Part shown: one piece after another, positions 24,271-38,800 of the stretch | Layout: each line of letters opens with the position of its first letter | How positions within the stretch are numbered: position 1 is the stretch's first letter | Assembly: GCA_026770705.1 (NCBI GenBank) | Contig: JANJGN010000071.1 | Location: 992,001-1,056,000, forward strand | Length of the DNA: 64,000 nucleotides | Source of the DNA: Isurus oxyrinchus | Lineage: Eukaryota | Reading direction: 5' to 3' | Translations under genes and position numbers: made by a program | The notes under the pieces: generated by a model | Told to the model about the DNA's origin: nothing | What the model saw: only the letters and a program-made list of their open reading frames with translations | Database searches by the model: none

Positions 24271-25024
24271 ATCCTCCAACAGCATTTTTAAATATAAACC
24301 CTCAGAGCCATGGTAGAAATTTGAAGTTAACAAACAGCAAACAGAAAGATCACAGAGTCATGATGAATTGCCAACAGTTTGATTCTGTTGTAACGCATTG
24401 TGAAATTACGCACTCATTCCTACTGCCTGTTTACTCACTCCTTTGCTACTTCCCCATTTTGTCTCACAGAGACACAGCAACCCAAAGGACACAAAGCGTT
24501 AACAGTTCACCAACATCTCAAAACATGAGCTGCTCTGTCACTTTGATCCAACTTCCTCATTTTGTCTCACAGAGACGCATCAACCCTTTCTAATTAAACA
24601 CACAGACGGAGCAGCACAGGAAGAGGTCATTCAGCCCAAGCAGAGCGTGTGGGCAGTTCCTCCCCAGGCGAGCAGTCGGACAGGTCCTGGGTAAGTAACG
24701 GAACGATTGGAATTCACTTCCACCACCAACACCGTCCTTTGTTGATGTTGTGACTTTATAAAGACAGATTCCAATGATTGATGCCTTTGAAAGATTTCTA
24801 CTGATTATTGAGATCTGGGTGTGAGGCTCAAGTCTGTTGTACAGAAAATCTTTCTAGCTCAAGGGATGAGGGAAGTGCAGAGACATGAGCTTGGGGACGT
24901 CCTGAGGTGGTGAAAGGTGCTATAGAAATGCAAGTCTTTCATTGTTTTTCTTTCTTAAAGCCTTGTAACTCTCTGCAGAGCACCTATCATCCCACAGAGA
25001 ATCAAATTAGTCTGTGAAGACATT

Positions 25025-25662
25025 GGGCTGAATTTCCAGCCTGTCGAGCGGGTGGGCCTGACCCAATCTCCAGCGGGCAGGGAGCCAATCCCCACCGGAG
25101 AAGCGGGCCCCGCCGCCATTTTAAGTGGGCGTGCCAATTAAGGCCCACCCAGCGTGATGTCCGGCGGGAAGCGCTATGCCCTTCCTGTGTGGGCCGGGGG
25201 TGGGGGGTGGGGGGTGGGGACATTCCCCAAATGCGAGAGTGCGCTCTGTCACACATGCGCATGATAATGCCCACATCACCCTGAGGCTAACTGCTGCCTC
25301 AGGGAGATCGCTGAAAGTTTTTCAAACAATCAAAATAGAAAAATAAAAAAATCCTCAACATGTCCCCCTCACGTGACAATGTCACTCGAGATGGGACCTG
25401 TTAATAAACTGCACCAAAACTTTAATAAACTCTTTTAAAACCGACATGAATCCTCGTCCCGCCGGTGGATGAGGTTTCTTGTTTTCTCTAGTTGTCGCTG
25501 GAGCTCCTGCCCTGCCCACCAGCCTTAAGGTTGGACCGGCAGGTCGGTTCATTGTTTAAATGTTCCTGTCAATGGCTTCAATTGGCCATTGACAGGTCGG
25601 CGGGCCCTCAGCTGATTTCACTGCACCCCTGCCCCCTGCTCACCGACAGCGAAACTCTGCCC
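25025..25662. mobile_element. Non-autonomous DNA transposon (MITE, PIF/Harbinger-like)
   Basis: Imperfect terminal inverted repeats gggctgaatttc / gaaactctgccc and 3-bp TSD ATT. The empty site gaagacattgtctaaaag is present in paralogous introns. Confidence 0.75.
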
Positions 25663-27361
25663 ATTGTCTAAAAGCAGTTCTGATCTCTGGAGAGCTGTCG
25701 GACAAGAGGTGAGGTCTCATTAACTCCTTTCTCTTTCACAGCTTAAGAGTGAGAAGCTGATGAAATATCTGGGAATGGACAATGATCTTACTTCCTCCTG
25801 TCAGTTCTCCAAGCTAATATCATCGTCAGCTCGGACAGATTTATGGTTCATAGTCTTTGTAAAAGATCATTCTTATTGAGCTGTGATTGGGAACTGATTC
25901 AGCAGTGAGCCAGTGTACAAACTCACACCAAGTCCCATTCACCCATCACCCCTGTGATCACTGATATTCACTGACTCCCTGTCTGACAGCAACAGAAAAT
26001 TAAAATCCAGGTCATCCTGTAGAAATCCCTCCAAAATTTTGCAACTCTCCCTATCCATGTTACCACCTCCAGCCCATACCAACCTCCCTATCTCTGTAAC
26101 ATCTTCCAGCACATATATTACTCCCTACCTCTGTAACCTTGCCCTGCTCCTACAATCCTCCCTATCTCAGTAACCTCCTCCAGCCCCTACCACTCTCCCT
26201 AACTCTTTAACCAACTCCAGCCCCTATATCCTTCGCTATCTCTGTTAATTTCTCCAGCCCCTACAAACCTCCCTTTCTCTGTAACCTCGTCCACCATTAC
26301 AACCCTCCCTATTTCTGTAATCTCCTCCAGTACCTACAACCCTCCGAGATCTCTGCACTCCTCCAATTCCAGCATCTTGACCATCCCCCGATTCCCATCA
26401 TTCCATTATTGGCGGCCGTGCCTTCAGCTGCCTGGGCCCCGAGCTCTGGATTTCAAAATCAAAATTCAGGGATGAATAAACTCCAATGGTCCATTCCCTG
26501 AGAGGCCATGATTACATCACAGCAGCATTCAGAATAGACAGAGGGTCCAGCCCTCACACTTCTTGCACAGTTTCACCATAACGAAATGAATTAACTGAAA
26601 TGTAAACCGCCAGTGTAGAGAGATGAGATATTTACACAGTTTCCCTGTGTATCTTGTAGACACTGTGTTGGGTGGAAGACTGGCTTCACTAAACAGGGTC
26701 CTGAGGACCATGAGCCAATGTAGAATGAACTTGTCCACTCCTGTGTCCAGGATTCTCTACCATCCATTGTGAAAACTTGGGGAGTTCCTTGTGTGTCCTG
26801 TAGATGGTCCACACTGCAGCCACTGTGCCCCAGTGATGGAAGGGGTGGATATCGAGTCTAGTGAAGCTACAAAACATCCAGAGTTAAATATTGATATTTC
26901 TCTCCCCAGTAGGACTGTCACAAGAGTGGAAAGGTGACACTCCACGAGAGGTGATAGCGCAGGAATATTCGTGTGTACAGATTCCATGTCATTACAGCTA
27001 CCCATCGTGTCTGGAAAACCAACCGCAAATTGGAATCTGATTTAATGACAAAGTCTTGATAAGATTCTTTATAGCCTTTCACTCCAAGGATAATAATCGC
27101 GAGTTACCACTGTTCCAGCATCGGACCCGGCTGTCTGGAGACCTGAAAGATGGTGACTGTTCCCTGATTATAAACAACATCAGACGGGAAGATGCAGGAC
27201 CTCATTTTTTCAGCATAAAATTTGACAATGGTCCGAGCCATAACTATTACCCTGCAACCCGGCTTCACATTTCTGGTATGTGCGGTGTTATAATTACTCA
27301 ACAATTCACATTCAACACTCAATGGGAATGAACACAAACTCTGACGTTTACATAATAACAC

Positions 27362-28085
27362 TGTTATGACATAGCAGGTGATGTGTGCCAGGTGGAGAGA
27401 ATCCACAAAGGGAACTTGGCCAAGCATAATTTCCAACTACACACCCCCTTGAAGGCAACAATCCCAATAAATCTTAAATGGAAATGGGAATCCGGCAAGG
27501 TTACTGCAGCACCCACTTGACAGTGTAATTCCAAAGTCTTTTAACACACCTTTAAGTACTGGAGCAGCAAAAGTGAACAGAAACGTTTTACCCAAGGCTG
27601 CTTCACCTACTGTACCTTTCAAGAAATTCATGTCCCCCTCCCACATAACCTTCCATCCTTCTTTATGTTGGTTTCTCTCTCTCCAATGTATAAAATCCCA
27701 TTGTTGCACCTGTCTTGGGAAATACACTTTTCCCATAATATAAAAATCTTTCATGTTGTCAATATGGCCCATTCCTTTTGGGAAGAATACACATAATAAC
27801 CTTGCCCTGGTTATCTTGTTAATTATAAACACCCAACTACCCTTTGACAATCAAACATTCTCTTTACTGACCTAAAATTTCATTTACAGCTTTTCTGTGG
27901 AACTCTCATCCTAGCTTGTCCATCCCCATTTCAGAAGTCTGCTTTGCACCAAACTCTATTGATAATTTTAACCTCACAGTTGGTCTGACTCGAATTCAAT
28001 TAAATCAGACCCACAGACGGAACCATCCACATTCATTCCCATAAGCCGACAATATTATTCTGAAAAATATCATAGTTTCATCACA
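27362..28085. mobile_element. Solo-LTR-like insertion in the unit C V-C2 intron
   Basis: tgttatga...tcatcaca inverted TG..CA ends and approximate acac/acat TSD. Absent from paralogous introns. Confidence 0.65.
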
Positions 28086-28839
28086 ACATAAAACACAGTT
28101 TAGTATAACGCAGAGTCTGATTCTCAATAACCTGGTGATAGCTTCCATTCAGTCCAAAAGCAACCTCTAATACTCACTTTAATATCAATGATTAAATGTA
28201 TTGACTGTGTCCATCAATGTTATCAGGTTATCCACTCCCATCAATCTCTAATCTTAGGGCTGTGATTTCTATTTGAACTGATGCTTCACGTTATATTTGT
28301 CTAAAAGGATCCATTCTCTGTCTGTTAGATTTCACAGATAAACCCATGATATTCCCTGCTGAAATTATTGCAGGAAAGCGTGTGGATGTAACTGCACCTT
28401 CAACACAACGTGCAATGGAACAGCAGCACCTGTCTTTACCTGGGACACTCCCACTGACGTACCTGGATCAGTCTCAAACACTGTAACTCAGCATGGTGTC
28501 ACTCTGACCTATACTTCTGTTCTGACCCTGATCCCATCACTCAAACACCACGGACACACTCTCAGCTGCAGAGTGAGATATCCATCTGTTTCATCGGAGC
28601 GGACCCTCGTACTAGCTGTGCAAGGTAAGTATGGACATCCTTCATTATACATTCGCTGGAACAGTCTAGATTACGCACAGCAGGATCCCATAGAAAGGTA
28701 TTCTGATGACAATCAGATAATCTGTTTTTTAAAGAAAATGGTGACCAGAATACAATTAATAACAGTTTCTGAACATTAACATAGGGGCTTTTATGTCCAG
28801 CCAAGGGGCTGATAGAGCAGAGCAGGAATCGCAATGTAC

Positions 28840-29310
28840 TCACCCCCTGACAGTGCAGCACTCCCTCAGTACTGACCCTCTGACAGTGCAGCACGCCCTC
28901 AATACTGAACCTCTGACAGTACAACACTCCCTCAGTACTGACCCTCCGACAGTGCAGCACTCCCTCAGTACTGACCCTCTGACAGTGCAGCGCTCTCTCA
29001 GTACTGACCCTCCAACAGTACAACACTCCCTCAGTACTGACGCTCCGACAGTGCGGCACACCCTCAGGACTGACCCACCGACAGTGCAGCACTCCATCAG
29101 TACTGACCCTCCAACAGTGCAACAATTCCTCAGTACTGTCCCTCTGACAGTGCAACACTCCCTCAAAACTGTCTCTCCGACAGATTAGCACTCCCTCAGT
29201 ATTGACCCTCCAACAGTGCAGCACTCCCTCAGTACTGACCCTCTGACAGTGCAGCACTCGTTCAGTCCTGACCCTCTGACAGTGCAGCACTCCCTCAGTA
29301 CTGACACTGG
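28840..29310. repeat. 33-bp minisatellite
   Basis: Tandem units. Confidence 0.9.
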
Positions 29311-30129
29311 GGAATTTCAGTCTACTCTGTGGGGCAGGCATCTCCTGAATGGGGTCTTGAACACCACAAAATTCTACAACATACTGACTCCCTGAGTTCG
29401 GGTGTGAAACCCACTGACCCACAGGAGAAACTCCTGGTTAATGACTGTCCATCAGTGAGCAGAAATATCACCACAGGGTCAGGACACAAAGCGTTAACAG
29501 TTCACCAACATCTCAAAACATGAGCTGCTCTGTCACTTTGATCCAACTTCCTCATTTTGTCTCACAGAGACGCATCAACCCTTTCTAATTAAACACACAG
29601 ACGGAGCAGCACAGGAAGAGGTCATTCAGCCCAAGCAGAGCGTGTGGGCAGTTCCTCCCCAGGCGAGCAGTCGGACAGGTCCTGGGTAAGTAACGGAACG
29701 ATTGGAATTCACTTCCACCACCAACACCGTCCTTTGTTGATGTTGTGACTTTATAAAGACAGATTCCAATGATTGATGCCTATGAAAGATTTCTACTGAT
29801 TATTGAGATCTGGGTGTGAGGCTCAAGTCTGTTGTACAGAACATCTTTCTAGCTCAAGGGATGAGGGAACTGTAGATACTTTGGGGTGTCCTGATGTGGT
29901 GAATGGTGCTATAGAAATGCAAGTCCTTTGTTGTTTTTCATTCTTAAAGCCTTGTAACTCTCTGCAGAACACCTATCATCCCACAGAGAATCAAACTATT
30001 CTGCGAAGACATTGTCTAAAAGCAGTTCTGATCTCTCGAGAGCTGTTGGACAAGAGGTGAAGTCTCATTAACTCCTTTCGCTTTCAGAGTTTCAGAGTGA
30101 GAAGCTGATGAAATATCTGGGAGTGGATA

Positions 30130-30169
30130 ATGATCGGAAAATCTTACTTCCTCCTTTCACTTCTCCAAG
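30130..30169 (+). CDS. Unit D leader exon (MIGKSYFLLSLLQ), intact; non-coding exon donor after 29685
   Basis: 40 nt, CAAG|GTAATA. About 60 nt later (~30230) the sequence switches to the TM module with no Ig exons in between. Confidence 0.65.
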
Positions 30170-31017
30170 GTAATATCATCGACAGCTCGGTCAGATTTAT
30201 GGTTAATAGTCTTTGTAAAAGATCATTCTGACTGGGGGAGAGATCATGGAAGCGGAGAATGATACAGCACAGGAGGAGGCCATTCAGCCCATTGAGCCTG
30301 TGCCAGGTCTTTCAATGTTCTATCCCATCAGATCCACTAACCACCACTCCACTTTGCCCCCATCTTCCTCCTTCAAGTGTTTATCCAATTTCCCTTTTGA
30401 AAGTACCTATTGAATCTGCTTCCACCGCCCTTTCAGGCAGCACCTTCCAGATCACAACAACTCGCTCTGTCAAAACAAATTCTCCTCAACTCCCCCTCCG
30501 GTTCGTCAATCTGTGTCCCTCTGGTTACCGACCCTCCTGCCCCTTAAGTACATCGATACTGTTCACCTCAACCACTCCCTGTGGGAGCGAGTTCCACATT
30601 CTCCCCTCCCTCTGGGTAAAGATTGGAACTGTTTATTAAGTGGGGTGTGTAAGTCCGTGGGGGAGTCCATCTCGATCCTGCCCGATTCGCACACGCGTCT
30701 GAGATGGATTTCCACCCTGCACTGAACATTTCCAGAATTTTCTACAGCACAATCCTGTACACAGCGATGGAGAGAAACATTGGACAGGGAGTCCAACAGC
30801 ACAATGATCCATTCTCACCAATGTTCCACGCTAAGGGGAAAGTTCCGATTGTCCACTCTTCGAGTGTTTACAATGAAAACATTCATTCCACATTGAATCC
30901 CAGTGGATGGGTCAATATTACAGCAAATGTTGCAGTGATATGAAGCTTGATTGTTCAGCCAGAGTGAGAGATTGAAAGCGGAGAGTCAGTGATGATTTCT
31001 TTCTGTGTGTTCTCTAG

Positions 31018-31157
31018 ACAGTGGAGGAGAGATTCTGCACGTGATCCTGATCCTGGGAATACGAGCTGTGATATTCCTTGTGGCTGTGGTTATCACTATC
31101 GCTGGAGTCTGTGTCTGGGAGAGACAAACAGTGAAAGGAAGTCGACAGATTGTTTGA
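31018..31157 (+). CDS. Unit D Arg-containing transmembrane/short-tail exon
   Basis: Same exon as 21992-22131, ending ...VKGSRQIV*. Confidence 0.65.
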
Positions 31158-32499
31158 AGCTTTGTACAGCAACAATCTCATCATGGAACAGAAGGACGGC
31201 ATTTGGCCCATCGACTCCATGCTGTCTCTCTGTAAAGCAATCCAGTCAGTCCCATTCCCCCGCTCTATCCCTGTATCCCTGCGAGTTTATTTCCCCTCAA
31301 GTGTCCATCCAATTTCCTTTTGAAATCGTTCATCGTCTCCACTTCCACCATCCTCGTGGGCAGCGAGTTCCTGCTCATTACCACTCGCTGTGTAAAAAAG
31401 TTCCTCCTCAAATCCCCCCTCTGTCCACAACCTTCAATCTGTGTCCCCCAGTCCTTGTACCATCAGCTAATGGCAACAGCTTCTCTTTGTCTACCTTATC
31501 TAAACCCATCATCATCTTGTACACCTTGATCAGATCCCCCCTCAATCTCCTTTGCTCCAAGGAGAACAACCCCAGCTTTTCCAACCCAACCTTGTAGCTA
31601 AAATCCCTCATCCCTGGACCCATTCTGCTCAATCTCCTCCCCACCCTCTCAAGGACCCTCACTTCCTTCCCAAAGTGAGGAGACCAGAACTGGGCACAAT
31701 ACTCTAGTTGTGACCTAACCAGAGCTTTATAAATGTTCAGCATAACCTCCCTGTGTTTGTACTCAATACCTCGATTTATGAAAAGCTTATTCTTTCCATC
31801 AGCACAAACAGCAATTTCCAAGTGGACTCCCATCAGCAGACAGAGTGCAATGAAACATCGGCATGCCTGCTTCTTAATGTACGGAGAGAAACCTGCAACG
31901 AGAGATTCTCCTTCTTCTCCTCAGCAAGCTGAAACTTTTCCTTATACCTGGTGCTCCCCAGTCCTGCTGTGTGGACACATCATAACCACGGCATTGTCTG
32001 GCTGTGTGCAGCCAACGTGGTCGAATAGGAATGAACAGAAATGTGACGTTGCTAAACTCTGTTCTCTGATTGGAATGTGCTTTCTGAATGCTGCACCTTT
32101 TTCATGCTGCGATAGATTGTAAGAAGCATTTGGGTTATGAATAAAATTACATTGATTTACTCAAGTGGTTAAAATGTTCAGCCTGTTCTGTAAATATTTA
32201 TCGATTAAAATTCTTATTTTGCTGCCAAATTCTTGCCTCAAAGACAAAGCTTCTTGTTGTCACAATTTCTCTATCATATGAATTCCTGTGCCCATCTTTA
32301 TAATAGAAATTTCCAATGTAAACATGTCACATTGTAGTTGCACACTCCTGCCAGTGGTGGTGCCATTCCAAAGCTGTCTTGCTGCACAGACACAGTGAGA
32401 ATTATTCTCGACGTGTACATGATGTTGTTGTTACACAGACATCAGGCGGAATCTTGGGCAGTGCCTAGAATGCACTTTGGACAGCGCAGACCACACTCA

Positions 32500-35020
32500 G
32501 AACTGACAGTGCAGCGTTTCCTCAGTGCTGACCCTCCGTCAGTGCAGCGCTCCCTCATTACTGTCTCTCTGACAGTGCTGCACTACCTCATTATTGACCC
32601 TTTTCAAGTGCTTCACCCCGTCAGCATTGACCTTCTGACCGTGCAGGATTCCCTCATGGCTGACAATCTGACAGTGCAACACTCCCTGAATATTGACCCT
32701 CTGATACTGTAACCCTCCATCACTAATGACTTTCCGACAGTTCAGCACTCCCTCGGTTCAGACCCTCTGACAGGGCAGCATTCCCTCAGTATTCAAACTC
32801 CCACTATGCAGCTGTCCCTCAGTATTCTCACCCCCACAGTGCAGCACTCCCTCAGTACTCTCCCTCCCACAGTGCAGTACTCCCTCAGCACTCACCCTCC
32901 CAAAGTACAGCACTCCCTCAGTACTCACCCTCCCACAGTGCAGCACTCCATCAGTACTCACCCTCCCAAAGTGCAGCACTCCCTCAGTACTCACCCTCCC
33001 ACAGTGCAGCACACCCTTAGTACTCACCCTCCCACAGTGCAGCACTCCATCAGTACTCACCCTCCCACAGTGCAGCACTCCCTCAGTACTCACCCTCCCA
33101 CAGTGCAGCACACCCTCAGTACTCACCCTGCCACAGTGCAGCACTCCCTCAGTACTCCCCCTCCCACAGTGCAGCACACCCTCAGTACTCACCCTGCCAC
33201 AGTGCAGCACTCCCTCAGTACTCCCCCTCCCACAGTGCAGCACACCCTCAGTACTCCCTCTCCCACAGTGCAGCACACCCTCAGTACTCACCCTCCCACA
33301 GTGCAGCACTCCCTCAGTACTCACCCTCCCACAGTGCAGCACTCCCTCAGTACTCACCCTCCCACAGTGCAGCCCTCCCTCAGTACTCACCCTCCCACAG
33401 TGCAGCACTCCCTCAGTACTCACCCTCCCAAAGTGCAGCACACCCTCAGTACACACCCTCCCACAGTGCAGAACTCCATCAGTACTCCCCCTCCCGCAGT
33501 GCAGCACTCCCTCAGTACTCACCCTCCCACAGTGCAGCACTCCCTCAGTAGTCACTCTCCCACAGTGCAGCACTCCCTCAGTACTCACCCTCCCACTGTG
33601 CAGCACTCCCTCAGTACTCACCCTCCCACTGTGCAGCACTCCCTCAGTAGTCACTCTCCCGAAGTGCTGTGCGAGTTGTTTAAATCAAGACCGGTGCCCA
33701 AATAGGGAGGTTTCAATGCTAAATCATTGAAATCCGTGAAAATTATTTTTAGGCTGAGGGGAACAAGACTTAGTTCCTCAAATCCTTTCTTTATCAATAA
33801 CACACAGTACTAGAATCTCTGTTTAAATAAATTCCAGTTAAACTTTGCCATGAAAGGATATCTTCTCACACTCTGCTCTCCCTCAGTACTAACCCTCCCA
33901 CAGTCCGGCACCCCCTCAATACTGACCCTCCGACTGTGCAAATCTCACTCAGTGCAGACCCGCTGACAGTTCAGCAAACCCTCATTACTGACCCTCTGAC
34001 AGTGCAGCACTCCCACATTACTGTCCCTCTGACAGTGCAGCACTCCCACATTACTGACCTTCTGACAGTGCAGCACTCCCTCAGTACTGATCCTCCGACA
34101 TTGCAGCGTTCCTTCACTACTGGCCCTCTGACAGTGCAGCACTCCCACATTACTGACCCTCTGATAGTGCAGCAGACCCTCAGTACTGACCCCACTAACA
34201 GTGCAGCACTCGCTCAGTACTGACCTTCCCACAGTGCAGCACTCCCTCAGTACTATACTCCTGACAGTGAAGCACTCCCTTATTAATGACCCTCTTCCAG
34301 TGCAGCACTCCCACATTACTGACCCTCTGACAGTGCAGCACTCCCACATTACTGACCCTCTGACAGTGCAGCACTCCCACATTACTGTCCCTCTGACAGT
34401 GCAGCACTCCCTCAGTACTGACCCTCCGACATTGCAGCAATCCTTCACTACTGGCCCTCTGACAGTGCAGCACTCCCACATTACTGACCTTCTGACAGTG
34501 CAGCACTCCCTCAGTACTGATCCTCCGACATTGCAGCGTTCCTTCACTACTGGCCCTCTGACAGTGCAGCACTCCCACATTACTGACCCTCTGATAGTGC
34601 AGCAGACCCTCAGTACTGACCCCACTAACAGTGCAGCACTCGCTCAGTACTGACCTTCCCACAGTGCAGCACTCCCTCAGTACTATACTCCTGACAGTGA
34701 AGCACTCCCTTATTAATGACCCTCTTCCAGTGCAGCACTCCCACATTACTGACCCTCTGACAGTGCAGCACTCCCACATTACTGACCCTCTGACAGTGCA
34801 GCACTCCCACATTACTGTCCCTCTGACAGTGCAGCACTCCCTCAGTACTGACCCTCCGACATTGCAGCAATCCTTCACTACTGGCCCTCTGACATTGCAG
34901 CAATCCCACATTACTGACTTTCTGATAGTGCAGCACTCACTCAGTACTGACCCTCACACAGTGCAGCACTCTCTCAGTACTATACCCCTGACAGTGCAGC
35001 ACTCCTTCAGTAATGATATC
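32500..35020. repeat. Two 33-bp minisatellite arrays with a 430-bp higher-order duplication
   Basis: Arrays at 32500-33660 and 33880-35020. Sequence at 34201 recurs at 34631. Confidence 0.92.
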
Positions 35021-35823
35021 AGGGATTGTCAACATGTATCATACGGCCAGAGACCTGTACTGGGAAGTCTATCGCCTGCGCTTCAGCTCTGAGATGAGGG
35101 GGAAGGGTCTAATCCCACGGAGCCAATGGAGAAGCTTGATGACTACAGCTGCCCAAATATGAGCTGACAGATCACACATGGTAAACGTTTTGCTGAGAGC
35201 ACAAAACATCCTCGATCTTCTCACTGATTACCCACTTCCTCATTTTGTCTCACAGTGACACATCAACCCTTTCTAATTAAACACACAGAGGGAGCAGCAC
35301 AGGAAGAGGTCATTCAGCCCAAGCAGAGCGTGTGGGCAGTTCCTCCCCAGGCGAGCAGTCGGACAGGTCCTGGGTAAGTAACGGAACGATTGGAATTCAC
35401 TTCCACCACCAACATCGTCCTTTGTTGATGTTGTGACTTTATAAAGACAGATTCCAATAATTGACGCCTTTGAAAGATTTCTACTGATTATTGAGATCTG
35501 GGTGTGAGACTCAAGTCTGTTGTACAGAACATCTTTCTAGCTCAAGGGATGAGGGAAGTGGAGAGACATGAGCTTTGGGACATCCTGAGGTGGTGAAAGG
35601 TGCTATAGAAATGCAAGTCCTTCATTGTTTTTCCTTCTTAAAGCCTTGTAACTCTCTGCAGAGCACCTATCATCCCACAGAGAATCAAACTATTCTGTGA
35701 AGACATTGTCTAAAAGCAGTTCTGATCTCTCGAGAGCTGTCGGACAAGAGGTGAGGTCTCATTAACTCCTTTCTCTTTCAGAACTTCAGAGTTAGAAGCT
35801 GAGGAAATATCTGGGAGTGGACA

Positions 35824-38800
35824 ATGATCGGGAAATCTTACTTCCTCCTGTCGCTTCTCCAAGGTAATACCATCGTCAGCTCGGACAGATTTATGGTGAA
35901 TAGTCTTTGTAAAAGATCATTCTTATTGAGCTGTGATTGGGAACTGATTCAGCAGTGAGCCAGTGTACAAACTCACACCAAGTCCCATTCACCCATCACC
36001 CCTAAACTATCTGACTCCTGGTCCTACAACATCTCAAACTTAAAATTCACATCTCTTTGTTCAAATGCATCCATTGCCTCACACTGCCTCCTTATCTCTG
36101 TAACCTCCTGCAACTCTCCCAACCAACGCCCCAGATCTCTGTGTTACTCCAATTCCGGCCTCTTGACCATCCCCCGATTCCCATCACTCCAATACTGGCG
36201 GCCGGGCCTTCAGCTGCCTGGGGCCTGAGCTCTGGAATTCACTCCCTAAACCTCGGCGATGGAGGAGATCAGAGGGTTTCATTTTACTGAAAACCACCAC
36301 GACTACATCACAGCTGCAGTGAGAATAGACAGAGAGTCCAGCCCTCGCACTTCCTGCACAGTTTCACCATAGCAACCATAATAAGGAAGTAAAATAACTG
36401 AAAGTTAAACCGAAGACAAACCAGTCAGTTTAGAGAGATGAGATGTTTACACAGTTTCCCTGTGTGTCTTGTAAACACTGTGTTGGGTGGAAGACTGGCT
36501 TCACTAAACAGGGTCCTGAGGACCATGAGCCAATGTAGAATGAAGTTGTCCACTCCTGTGTCCAGGATTCTCTTCCATCCATTATGAAACCCCTGGGGAG
36601 TTCCATGTGTGTCCTGTAGATGGTCCACACTGCAGCCAATGTGCCCCAGTGATGGAGGGGGTGGATATCGAGTCTAGTGGATCTACAAACCATCCAGAGT
36701 TAAATATTGATATTTCTCTCCCCAGTTGGACTGTCACAAGAGTGGAAAGGTGACACTCCACGAGAGGTGACAGCGCAGGAAGGTTTGTGTGTACAGATTC
36801 CATGTCATTACAGTTATCCAGCACATTTGGAAAATCAACCACGAGGTGGAGTCTGGTTTAATAATGAGAAACAGATTCCCTGGGCTCCCATAGCCTTTCA
36901 CTCCAAGGATCACAGTCGCGAGTTACCACGGTTCCGCCATCGGACCCGGCTATCTGGAGACCTGAAAGATGGCGACTGTTCCCTGATTATAAACAACATC
37001 AGACGGGAAGATGCAGGACCTTATTTTTTCAGAATAGAATTTGACAATGGTCCGGGCCATAACTATTACCCTGTAACCCAGCTTCATGTTTCTGGTAAGT
37101 GCTGTGTTATAATTACTCAACAATTCACATTCAACACTCAATGGGAATTAACACAAACTGTGATGTTTACATATTAACACAAAACACAGCTTGTTTTAAC
37201 ACATTGTCTGATTCTCAATAACCTGGTGATGGCTTCCAGTTTAGTCCTAAAGCAACATCTAATACTCACTTTAATATCAATGATGAAAAGCATTAACTGT
37301 ATTATCAGGTTATCCACTCCCATCAATCTCTCCTGTCCTGTTTAAAAGGCTGACGTATCGATAAAAGAAAGATGTGCATTTCTGCTGCGCAATTTACCAC
37401 CTCAGGAGGATCCAAATCCCTTCACAGCCAATGAAATTATTCCTGAATTGTAGTCACAGATGTTAAACACAGCAGGCAGTTTGTGCACAGCAAGATCCAA
37501 CAAACACAATGTAATAAATCACCCAGATCACTGAGGAAATGAGAAGCCAGTGAACTCAAACCTCTGGTCTGATGAAGAGTCATACGGACTCAAAACGTTA
37601 ACCCTGTCTTCCTCTCCACTGATACTGTCAGACCTGCTGAGTCTTTCCAGCAATTTTTGTTTTGGTTTCAGATTTCCAGCATCCGCAGTATTCTGCTTTT
37701 AACTCCAATCTCTGGTCTGAGCCTCTTCTCTCATCCAGTGTTCTCAATTCACATGTCTCGGAGTGAACGTGTATTAAGCTGAGAGACAGAAACACTACTG
37801 CCAAAGAGCAAGAAAATATTTCCTGATCATTGTAACCTCTCAGTTCTGATATCATCCTTGTAAAAGTGCTTTCTCTTGTGGGACTGTGATTTCTATTTGA
37901 ACTGATGCTTCACATTATATTTCTCTAAAAGGATCCATTCTCTGTCTGTTAGATTTCACAGATAAACCCATGATATTCCCTGCTGAAATTATTGCAGGAA
38001 AGCATGTGGATGTAAGCTGCACCTTCAACACAACGTGCAATGGAACAGCAGCACCTGTCTTAACCTGGGACACTCCCACTGACGTACCTGGATCAGTCTC
38101 AAACACTGTAACTCAGCATGGTGTCACTCTGACCTATACTTCTGTTCTGACCCTGATCCCATCACTCAAACACCACGGACACACTCTCAGCTGCAGAGTG
38201 AGATATCCATCTGTTTCATCGGAGCGGACCCTCGTACAAATCGTGCAAGGTAAGTACGGACACCCTTCATTCTACATCAGCACTCCCTCAGCGCTGACCC
38301 TCTGACAGTGCAGCCTGTTCTCAGTATCCATATTCTCAGGCCACTCAAAGTGCTTCACAGTCGTTAGAAGTTAACTGATCTTTAATTGATTATTGCTGAA
38401 GAAGTGACAAGCTGTTTAAACTTTACGGCTCACACACATTATTTTCCATGGCAACACCTCCTCTAATCAGAGACCACTTGCCAACCAATCAGCACTCTCT
38501 TCCCTTTAAATATAAATTGTTGTTCATTTTCTGTTGGTAAACCTGCGAGCTGTCTTGTTGAGTCCTGCCCTGACATCTCAATGTCACAATGAACAGAACA
38601 AGTTCCAACAATGAGCTGTGGTTGGTGATTCCTCATGTTACATCCAGGGACACTGGAGACTATCAGTGTGTGGCAGAGAATGAACATGGAGCAGTGGAGG
38701 TGTCCATAACCATCACTGTGGAACGTGAGTGTGCACAGACTTCAACATCACTCTCAGGTTCAAACACTACACAAATACACACAAATATACAGACCTAAGC

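Larger units (their letters stand above)
24545..28624 (+). pseudogene. Unit C Siglec-like pseudogene (non-coding exon to 24690, leader 25782-25813, V 26910-27275, C2 28329-28624)
   Basis: Leader has an 8-nt deletion and a GT>CT donor. V exon has TGG>TGA at 27038-27040 and FFR>FFS. C2 exon is 296 nt (1-nt deletion at ~28391). Confidence 0.88.

Noticed and set aside
32758-33705. Long repetitive ORFs (STEGVLHCGRV / STHPPTVQHSL), also at 11732-12397, 23352-24213, 28562-29422, 41570-42730 and 56347-56928
   Set aside because: They are translations of a stop-poor 33-bp minisatellite, open on both strands, with no gene structure.
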